From Lachnospiraceae bacterium (GTDB taxonomy: Bacteria > Bacillota > Clostridia > Lachnospirales > Lachnospiraceae): a stretch of 64,000 nucleotides of DNA. Within the stretch, counting starts at the first letter, position 1. Each line of letters opens with the position of its first letter. A model generated the notes under the pieces. The model did no database searches and was not told the origin of the DNA. It worked only from the letters and a program-made list of their open reading frames with translations. The DNA lies in NCBI GenBank assembly GCA_036666555.1, contig JAVWVS010000004.1:42731-106730 (forward strand). The letters are read 5' to 3'. Shown here piece by piece: positions 49,103-56,343 of the stretch. A program made the translations under genes and the position numbers.

Positions 49103-50491
49103 CTATCGAATACATAAGCTGTCTGACATTACGCAGCGTCTTCTCTTGGTAAATGCACTGGCGCTGGTAAGACCTTCGCCGGTTCTGCTTGCAATGGTAA
49201 AGGTACAAAATCCTTCTCCTCCAAATCCAATTGCTGCATAAGATGGTGCATTCTTTACTAGGATGGCGGTATCAATTGCTTTTGCATATTTCGTAATGTT
49301 ATCTACGTTTTTAGAATGAATGTGTGCGGAATGACGATTTCCATGTTCCAACCAAACTGATTTTTCAATTGCATCATCAAAATCTTTTGCACGTACCATA
49401 CCAAGTATTGGCATCATCAACTCTGTAGAAATCAATTTGTGTTCTTTTTCCCCTTCGAATACGATACAACGGATATTATCCGGTACGGTAATGCCTATCA
49501 TACCCAGTAAGGTTTTGGCATCGCGTCCTACGCATTTTCGGTTTAATTTTCCACCGGCAAGTACCACATCCGTCAATTGATCTTGCTGTTCTTTGTTAAT
49601 CGCATAACAACCTTGCTCTTCTACCATATAGTGCATCAATTCTTCCGCAATACATTCCTCTGCTACAATTTCTTTTTCTGCAATGCAAGGAAGGTTATTA
49701 TCAAATACACAACCATTTACAATATCTGCTGCAGCTTTACGTACATCTGCGGTAGCATCTACCAATGCGGGAGGATTCCCGGCACCTGCTCCGATACCAC
49801 GTTTACCGGAAGAAAGAATAGCTGTAACCACTCCTGGTCCGCCGGTTGCCACTAGCAAGGATATGCTTTTGTGTTTCATCATAATATTACTGGTGTCCAG
49901 TGTTGGTTTTGCAACGGTCACTGCAATATTATCCGGTCCGCCTGCTTCTAAAGATGCTTCATTGACCATATTTATGGCAAAAATGGAGGTCTTAATTGCT
50001 GCAGGATGTGGGTTGAATACAACGGTATTCCCTCCTGCTAACATTCCGATGGTGTTACATAAAATGGTTTCGCTTGGGTTGGTGCAAGGTGTAATCGCCC
50101 CAATGACCCCGAAAGGTCCCATTTCAATTAGTGTAAGTCCACGGTCTCCCGACCATGCAGTTGTTGTAATATCTTCTGTTCCCGGAGTTTTCTCTGCTAC
50201 CAGACGATGTTTCAAAATCTTATGTCCTACATTTCCCATTCCGGTTTCTTCTACACCCATGCGGGCAAATATTTCTGCATTTTCACAGGTCTTCCTGCGA
50301 ATGACGGAAATAATTTTTTCTCGTTGGTCCATAGACATTCTTTTTACAATGCGTTCTGCTTTGATAGCGGCTTCAATAGCTTCGTTCATGTCGGAGAAAA
50401 TACCATGTTTTCCGACAGGTTCTTCCGCAATCTGCATCTTTGCCAGAACTTCTTGTACAATGTCTTGTACCATGTTTTCATTTATAGGCAC
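49103..50491 (-). CDS. pduP: CoA-acylating aldehyde dehydrogenase (PduP/EutE-like)
   Basis: 462 aa. Catalytic Cys context NNLPCIAEKE. N-terminal helix NMVQDIVQEVLAKM. GTG start with AAGGAGG 7 nt upstream. Confidence 0.88.
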   Translation of the reverse strand: MPINENMVQDIVQEVLAKMQIAEEPVGKHGIFSDMNEAIEAAIKAERIVKRMSMDQREKIISVIRRKTCENAEIFARMGVEETGMGNVGHKILKHRLVAEKTPGTEDITTTAWSGDRGLTLIEMGPFGVIGAITPCTNPSETILCNTIGMLAGGNTVVFNPHPAAIKTSIFAINMVNEASLEAGGPDNIAVTVAKPTLDTSNIMMKHKSISLLVATGGPGVVTAILSSGKRGIGAGAGNPPALVDATADVRKAAADIVNGCVFDNNLPCIAEKEIVAEECIAEELMHYMVEEQGCYAINKEQQDQLTDVVLAGGKLNRKCVGRDAKTLLGMIGITVPDNIRCIVFEGEKEHKLISTELMMPILGMVRAKDFDDAIEKSVWLEHGNRHSAHIHSKNVDNITKYAKAIDTAILVKNAPSYAAIGFGGEGFCTFTIASRTGEGLTSASAFTKRRRCVMSDSLCIR

Positions 50492-50964
50492 GAAATTACC
50501 TCCTTTATTATTTGTTTTCCATAGGCAGCCAATTCAGTATCTTGCTTTGCTGTCCCTCCGCTGACTCCCAGCGCACCAATCATTGTATCTCCTACCAATA
50601 ACGGCTCCCCGCCACCAAAGATGACGATTTTCCCTTCGTTGGTATACTGCACTCCGTAAAGAGATTCTCCGGGCTGGCTCAATTTGCCTAATTGCTCGGT
50701 AGACATTTGAAATGCAATGGAAGTAAATGTCTTATTCAGCGCCACATCATAACTGCCCATAAAGGCGTGATCCATACAATGAATGGCCACCGGTCTTGCC
50801 GATGCATCGGAAACGGCTACTACAACTGCCAATCCCATGGTCGCTGCTTTTTCTTTTACTTTTTCAATAAGTGCTACTGCTAATTGTAATGTCATAGCTG
50901 TTTGCTGAGGTCTTGTTTCGGAAATGACTGACTGCACAATCTTGGTAATCATTTCTTCGTTCAT
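50482..50964 (-). CDS. DUF336 / GlcG-PduO-C-terminal-like (haem-binding family) protein with N-terminal amphipathic helix
   Basis: GGGEPLLVGDTMIGALGVSGGTAKQD family motif. ATG 50964 has GAGGTG 5 nt upstream. Overlaps the pduP start by 10 nt. Confidence 0.8.
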   Translation of the reverse strand: MNEEMITKIVQSVISETRPQQTAMTLQLAVALIEKVKEKAATMGLAVVVAVSDASARPVAIHCMDHAFMGSYDVALNKTFTSIAFQMSTEQLGKLSQPGESLYGVQYTNEGKIVIFGGGEPLLVGDTMIGALGVSGGTAKQDTELAAYGKQIIKEVISCL

Positions 50965-50983
50965 AAGCACACCTCGAATGGAA

Positions 50984-51787
50984 TTACAGTCCTAACTGAT
51001 CCATTACCTTTTTCGTAATCGATGCTACTAATTCCTGATTGTCTCCAGTACATGGTTTTGCATCTGCCGTGCCACAAGTACCACAGTTATGACAGTTCAC
51101 GCCGTCTTTGTTCTGGCATAAGTCTGCAGGGTGTTTTCCTGGAAGACCCATCTGACGTCTAATGGCATATAATTTTTGAATTTGATCTTTGTCGAATTCT
51201 TTTGGACCACCAAGCATTTTGGATTTGTATAATAATTCTGCATAAAATTCTACTGATTCCATTTTGTGGTATGCAGCTAAAAGGTCTGTGCTCCATGTTA
51301 ATGCACCATGACTTTCCAATAATACTGCATCATAATATGGAAGATATTTTTCGATATTATCCGGAATCTCTACTGTAGAAGGAGTACCATATTCTGCAAT
51401 GGGAACGCATCCTAATGCAATTACTGCTTCTGGCATAATTGGTTGTGTCAATGGGATTCCTGCAATTGCAAAGCTGGTTGCAAATGTTGGGTGAGCATGT
51501 ACTACTGCGCCTACATCTGGTCTTTTTTCATATACTCTCATATGCATTTTAATTTCAGAAGAAGGTTTGAATCCTTTATTTGCCTGAATTACATTTCCTT
51601 TTGCATCTACTTTACAGATAAATTCCGGTGTCATAAATCCTTTTGATACGCCGGTTGGGGTGCAAAGGAACTCATTATCATTTAATTTAACTGAGAAATT
51701 ACCATCGTTAGCTGCCACCATATTTCTATCGTAGACTCTCTTACCGATTTCACACATTTGTTTTTTTACTTCGAATTCATTTAACAT
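50984..51787 (-). CDS. fucA: L-fuculose-phosphate aldolase (class II) with a 50-aa Cys-rich C-terminal extension
   Basis: 267 aa. NDGNFSVK, TPTGVSKG, PSSEIKMHMRVY and AVVHAHP parallel E. coli FucA, which is 215 aa. The tail contains 5 Cys and a terminal amphipathic helix. Confidence 0.88.
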   Translation of the reverse strand: MLNEFEVKKQMCEIGKRVYDRNMVAANDGNFSVKLNDNEFLCTPTGVSKGFMTPEFICKVDAKGNVIQANKGFKPSSEIKMHMRVYEKRPDVGAVVHAHPTFATSFAIAGIPLTQPIMPEAVIALGCVPIAEYGTPSTVEIPDNIEKYLPYYDAVLLESHGALTWSTDLLAAYHKMESVEFYAELLYKSKMLGGPKEFDKDQIQKLYAIRRQMGLPGKHPADLCQNKDGVNCHNCGTCGTADAKPCTGDNQELVASITKKVMDQLGL

Positions 51788-51835
51788 TAATCAATTTCCT
51801 CCTTGAAGTTTTTGGTTTTTGTTGTTTCTGTTGAC

Positions 51836-51864
51836 ATTATACCTCTTATTTTCCACAATGTCAA
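51836..51864 (-). promoter_or_regulatory. Consensus sigma-A promoter upstream of fucA (internal to the BMC cluster)
   Basis: On the minus strand: TTGACA (51864-51859), exactly 17 nt, TATAAT (51841-51836), 48 nt before the fucA ATG. Confidence 0.65.
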
Positions 51865-51911
51865 TATAAAATGTGGTTTTTATTGTTTTTAAGCGTAATA
51901 ATTTGTTGTTT

Positions 51912-52385
51912 TTATTGTTTTTCGGTTTTTTCTTCTTTTTCCCAGGGAAGAACATCTCCCGCTTCCTTTAAATATTCCCATATTTCCGGAATTCCTTCTT
52001 GATTTTTAGAATCCACAAAAAATATTTTCTTACAGCCGGCAAGCCGCAGCCATCTTTCCGCACGGTCGCGATTGGCCTTTGGCTCATCAATCTTGGTGAC
52101 GATGCCTATGACCTCCCGATTGGCCATACAGGTAATATTGGGTGGAAATAAAGAATAAGGTTCTGTGGCAGATATTAAAAGTCCTACCACATCTGCTTCA
52201 TAACTATACACTGCAAGAGCGGAACCAAGTCCCTGGGTCTGTACATATTCTCCTGGAGTATCGATAATCACATCAAAATAATTCACATACTGTGTTTTAT
52301 GATATTCGATTCGTTCTCCTTTCAGTGCTTGTGTCAACGTTGTTTTTCCACATTCACTTCTACCAATCAAAATAATTTTTTTCAT
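51912..52385 (-). CDS. pduV: EutP/PduV-family small GTPase
   Basis: 157 aa. P-loop GRSECGKTT and DTPGEY motif. Confidence 0.85.
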   Translation of the reverse strand: MKKIILIGRSECGKTTLTQALKGERIEYHKTQYVNYFDVIIDTPGEYVQTQGLGSALAVYSYEADVVGLLISATEPYSLFPPNITCMANREVIGIVTKIDEPKANRDRAERWLRLAGCKKIFFVDSKNQEGIPEIWEYLKEAGDVLPWEKEEKTEKQ

Positions 52386-52393
52386 TTCTTATC

Positions 52394-52774
52394 CTACGTT
52401 CTTGTAATCTCACAAATGGTAAAGCCCAGTTTCGTATCTACATATTGCAGAATCGCATTGACGGAAGCTTCCACTTCCGATACCGTTCCGGTTACAATCA
52501 AAGAACCACTGAAGCGGTCTACAAATCCCAATTCCACACCGGCTGCTTTCACTGCAATATCTGCAATAATAATCGCCGTCTCTGCCGGACTGATGGTCAT
52601 TACACCTATGGCCGATTTGGCATAATCCATGCTGGGATCCAAGCCTAGTTTTTCGTACAACACTTTATCCGGATTGGCAATAATATGTGCAATGGTAATC
52701 TGCTTTCCGGGAACTAATTCCTGGACAATTCTTTGTTTTAATGGTGTGGTGGCATCATTCCTGTCATATTCCAT
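52394..52774 (-). CDS. pduU: Circularly permuted BMC shell protein (PduU/EutS type)
   Basis: 126 aa from ATG 52774 (AGGAGG 6 nt upstream). RIVQELVPGKQITIAHIIANP...VMTISPAETAIIIADIAVKAAGVELGFVDRFSGSLIVTG is typical of PduU/EutS. Confidence 0.85.
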   Translation of the reverse strand: MEYDRNDATTPLKQRIVQELVPGKQITIAHIIANPDKVLYEKLGLDPSMDYAKSAIGVMTISPAETAIIIADIAVKAAGVELGFVDRFSGSLIVTGTVSEVEASVNAILQYVDTKLGFTICEITRT

Positions 52775-52776
52775 CT

Positions 52777-53568
52777 TTAACCTCCTATCTGACATATTAA
52801 GTCGGTATTTTGTTCTACCATTTGTTTCAGTTGGTTCATATGTGCTTCCGTCGGTGGAAGAATTCCTTCCATCTGGTAAGCTCTTCCCAGTCCTTCATAC
52901 TTATCCTGCCCCAGACGATGGTATGGCAGAATATGAATCCGTTCTACTCCCGATAAGGTATCTGCAAATTTAGCAATGGCCAGTACCTCTTCTTTCGTAT
53001 CATTAAAGGTGGGAATGACGGGAACACGAATGCTTAAATGAGTCTGCCCAGATGCTGCTATTTTCCTAGCATTTTCCAGCATCAATTCATTAGACTTCCC
53101 GGTAAATTCTTTATGTTTCTCTGGATTCATGTGTTTGATGTCCATTAAATACTGATCCAGATAGGGAAGAATCTCTTCAATCACAGAATACTGTGCACAT
53201 CCCATACTTTCCATAGCCGTATTGATACCGGCATGTTTGGCCGCTCTTAGTAAATCTCTGGCAAATTCCGGCTGGCAAAGGCTTTCCCCGCCGGATAAGG
53301 TCAATCCTCCCGTAGAGCGTCGGTAATAAGGTCTATCTTTTTCTACCGTTTCCATCACCTGTGCTACCGTAATGTCTTGACCGATTACTTTTGGCTTTCC
53401 CTGCACCATCATCGTCTCAATCTGATACTCCTGGGACTCCGGATTGCAGCACCAACGGCATCTTAGGACACACCCTTTTAAAAAGACAATGGTGCGGATG
53501 CCATTCCCATCATGAATAGAGAATCTTTGAATATCAAATATACGTCCCGTTGTTTTTGTGTAATCCAT
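52777..53568 (-). CDS. Glycyl-radical enzyme activating enzyme (radical SAM, short PflA-like form)
   Basis: 263 aa. Radical-SAM cluster CRWCCNPES (CxxxCxxC), SIHDGNGIRT and LSGGE motifs. No ferredoxin-like insert visible. Confidence 0.9.
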   Translation of the reverse strand: MDYTKTTGRIFDIQRFSIHDGNGIRTIVFLKGCVLRCRWCCNPESQEYQIETMMVQGKPKVIGQDITVAQVMETVEKDRPYYRRSTGGLTLSGGESLCQPEFARDLLRAAKHAGINTAMESMGCAQYSVIEEILPYLDQYLMDIKHMNPEKHKEFTGKSNELMLENARKIAASGQTHLSIRVPVIPTFNDTKEEVLAIAKFADTLSGVERIHILPYHRLGQDKYEGLGRAYQMEGILPPTEAHMNQLKQMVEQNTDLICQIGG

Positions 53569-53577
53569 TCCTGTCTC

Positions 53578-56103
53578 CTAAAGTCCTTGTTCCGTACGGT
53601 GGATAATATCATCTTGCAGCGATTTCGAAAGAGAAGTAAATAACGCACTGTACCCTGCCACACGAACGACTAAGTGTTTGTATTGTTCCGGATGCTTTTG
53701 TGCATCCACCAACGTTGCCTTGTCTACCACATTGAACTGCATATGGCTTCCTTTTTGATCGAAATAGGATTGAATCAAATATACAAAATTATCCAGCCCT
53801 TTTTCTCCACTTAATGCGGAAGGATGAAACTTTTGATTAAATAAAGTTCCATTAGAGGCAATGCCGTGATCTAATTTGGCTACCGAATTCGCCGCAGCCG
53901 TTGGTCCGTTCACATCTTTTCCAGCAGAAGGGGATACTCCATCTGCTACCGGTGTATGTGCCAGTCTTCCATCCGGAGTTGCTCCTGTTTGTGCCCCCAA
54001 TGGTACATTCGCAGATACCGGATATAATCCGGCTTGATACATCCCACCTCGTGGATTATGAAAAGTTTCCATAGGTCTTGTATACGTGTAAGCCACATCT
54101 CTTGCAAAGGCATCCACTTCTTCGATATCATTACCAAATTTCGGTACTTCTTCAATGGCCTCTAACAGCTCTTGGAATCTCTTTTGTTCCGCTGCCGGAA
54201 TCTCCATGTTCATAATTTGGTTAATAATGTCACCGATCTTGGTCTGATCTACTGATTGTCCGGTTTTTTGTAATTCCTTTAAGATATCCACTGTCATTTC
54301 CGATGCAGAAATTGCATCAAATCCCTTTCCATAATTCATGGATAATGCCTGTTTGTATTGGGCTAACGTGAATTTCTTTTCATCAAACACTAATTTTTTA
54401 ATCGCATATAGAGAATCTGCCATATTAGCAACACCAAATCCTTGTGGTCCTGTAAAGTTATAAACAGCGCCACCTTCTTGTACCGTCTTTCCCTCTTTTA
54501 AGCAATCGTCTACCATGCAGGATAAATATGGAAGCGGACACCGTTGCGCATGTGCTACATCTATAGAATTGTCTGCATTGACCAGCAAGGATATCTGATA
54601 CTTCATCTGCTCTTTGTAAGCATCATAAAATTCTTCAAAGGTCTTCATATCTTCTACTCGTCCGGTAGCAATGCTTACCCGTTCTCCACGGTCCATTCCG
54701 TTTGAAAAGACCAGTTCCATAGGTTTACACATATTAAAGAATGCCGCATCGTGCCAACCTTCTGTCTTTCCTGATTTCTGCGGTTCCACACAGCCGATAA
54801 TATTATATTCTCTGGCATCTTCTAAGGTCAGACCTCTGCTTAACAAAGAAGGGATAATCACTTCATCATTATAGTAAGCCGGAAGTCCAATACCGGTTCT
54901 GGTAAGTTCTGCCGCTTTTACTAAAAATTCATGAGGCGTTTTATTCCATACCCGAACAGAGAAAGATGGCTGTGGTAAAAAGACATGGTGGGAAGCCTGA
55001 ATACACATAAAAGACAAATCATTGGTTACATCTTCTCCGTCTTTATTTTGTCCGCCTGCAATTAGATTCTGGAATAGGCTATATCCTGCAAATCCTTCCG
55101 CACTGGCCGCATCACGGCATTTATTCAAATCATTGAGTTTCACCCAGATACAATCCATTAATTCTTGTGCAAACTCTCTGGTTAGATTTCCGCGGTCCAA
55201 GTCCTTCTTATAATAAGGATACATATATTGATCAAAGCGTCCCGGAGAAATCGAGTGACCACTGGATTCAATCTGCAATAACTGTTGCACGAACCAAAAA
55301 CTTTGACAAGCCTCATAAAAGTTCTTTGCTCCTTTTGCCGGTACCCGTCCACAGTTTCTGGCAATTTGTAAAAGTTCTTCTTTACGGACCCGGTCCGTGC
55401 ACTGGTCAGCCATTTGTTTTGCAAGTACCATATAACGCTGTGCATAAGCAATCGCTGCTTGACAGCTTAGAATGACTGCCTGTAAAAACCGAGAACGTGT
55501 TGCATAGTCTGCATCCGAAACAGAACATTGTTCCAGTTTTTCTTTCGCCTCTGCGATAATGCCTTCGTAACCAATCTCCAGTACTTTTTCATACTGTACC
55601 GTTACGTGACCTACCCCATTATAAAAATAATTTCCCGGTGTAAACACATTGTGTTCCATTGCCGTAAGTGCCTCCGGTGCCATATAAGAAGTTGCTAATT
55701 CACTGGTGGTTTTACCTTTCCAATAAGGGTGTACCTTGCGAAGTTCCTCTTTGGTTTTTTCTGATATGAAAAATGGATCGGCACTTCTGGTCGCCACGGT
55801 ATCAAATTCGTCTTCTAACCACTGAAATGAAAATTCCGGATAAGTCTGACAGCCACGAGGTGCAATGGTCGTACTTCCTACGACTAATTCTTCTTCCCGG
55901 ATAATAATTGGTAATTTTTCAAGAATATGTGCAAACGCCTTTGCTCTTCGAATAACCATGGGCTGTCCTTCGGTTTCCCGATAAGACTCCGTAATCAGCA
56001 CTGCTCTCGCTGATTCAATCTCCGGCATCTTTTCATATAAATGGTCAACTAATCTAGGGATTCGCTCTGATTTTTTGACATCTGTACTATTATATCTTTC
56101 CAT
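53578..56103 (-). CDS. Glycyl radical enzyme, PFL2/diol-dehydratase class (probable B12-independent 1,2-propanediol dehydratase)
   Basis: 841 aa. Cys loop IIGCVEP and C-terminal glycyl motif VVRVAGYSALF. The substrate assignment comes from context only (fucIKA, PduP, PduL, shell genes). Confidence 0.85.
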   Translation of the reverse strand: MERYNSTDVKKSERIPRLVDHLYEKMPEIESARAVLITESYRETEGQPMVIRRAKAFAHILEKLPIIIREEELVVGSTTIAPRGCQTYPEFSFQWLEDEFDTVATRSADPFFISEKTKEELRKVHPYWKGKTTSELATSYMAPEALTAMEHNVFTPGNYFYNGVGHVTVQYEKVLEIGYEGIIAEAKEKLEQCSVSDADYATRSRFLQAVILSCQAAIAYAQRYMVLAKQMADQCTDRVRKEELLQIARNCGRVPAKGAKNFYEACQSFWFVQQLLQIESSGHSISPGRFDQYMYPYYKKDLDRGNLTREFAQELMDCIWVKLNDLNKCRDAASAEGFAGYSLFQNLIAGGQNKDGEDVTNDLSFMCIQASHHVFLPQPSFSVRVWNKTPHEFLVKAAELTRTGIGLPAYYNDEVIIPSLLSRGLTLEDAREYNIIGCVEPQKSGKTEGWHDAAFFNMCKPMELVFSNGMDRGERVSIATGRVEDMKTFEEFYDAYKEQMKYQISLLVNADNSIDVAHAQRCPLPYLSCMVDDCLKEGKTVQEGGAVYNFTGPQGFGVANMADSLYAIKKLVFDEKKFTLAQYKQALSMNYGKGFDAISASEMTVDILKELQKTGQSVDQTKIGDIINQIMNMEIPAAEQKRFQELLEAIEEVPKFGNDIEEVDAFARDVAYTYTRPMETFHNPRGGMYQAGLYPVSANVPLGAQTGATPDGRLAHTPVADGVSPSAGKDVNGPTAAANSVAKLDHGIASNGTLFNQKFHPSALSGEKGLDNFVYLIQSYFDQKGSHMQFNVVDKATLVDAQKHPEQYKHLVVRVAGYSALFTSLSKSLQDDIIHRTEQGL

Positions 56104-56156
56104 GCTTCTTGTTTCTCCTTTCCACCTTGTTTCCTAATATGCATAAGCATGGTTTT

Positions 56157-56185
56157 ATTATAGCGTTGTTTGCTTTGAATGTCAA
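56157..56185 (-). promoter_or_regulatory. Consensus sigma-A promoter upstream of the GRE gene
   Basis: On the minus strand: TTGACA (56185-56180), exactly 17 nt, TATAAT (56162-56157), 53 nt before the GRE ATG. Confidence 0.65.
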
Positions 56186-56277
56186 TAAAAACCGCATATA
56201 TATATATTGTTTTATGTGGTTTTTGGCTCTATTTTATTTTGTTAGGCTTTTCACATGTGGTTTTATGAAGTTTTTCA

Positions 56278-56306
56278 TTGACTTTTCTGTATTTTGGTTT
56301 CATAAT
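56278..56306 (+). promoter_or_regulatory. Putative promoter of the PHP-domain gene
   Basis: TTGACT (56278-56283), 17 nt, CATAAT (56301-56306). Confidence 0.4.
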
Positions 56307-56343
56307 AGGAAGAAATAACTATGATACGACAAGAGGGATTCCT

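Noticed and set aside
49683-50564. A 293-aa plus-strand ORF inside the aldehyde dehydrogenase gene.
   Set aside because: It lies antisense within a CDS that has clear family motifs. It has no SD and no recognisable domain. It is the same compositional artefact as above.
53578-56103. Alternative assignments of the GRE as choline TMA-lyase, glycerol dehydratase or hydroxyproline dehydratase.
   Set aside because: The genomic context is entirely fucose/propanediol (FucI, kinase, FucA, FucU, PduP, PduL), with no choline or ethanolamine genes. However, substrate-defining residues cannot be verified without an alignment, so the propanediol call remains contextual.
56109-56318. A 69-aa hydrophobic ORF (TTG start) in the GRE/PHP intergenic region, which could be mistaken for a small membrane protein.
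   Set aside because: It runs through AT-rich promoter DNA, where Phe, Leu and Ile codons arise by composition. It has no SD, and it overlaps both mapped promoter hexamers.
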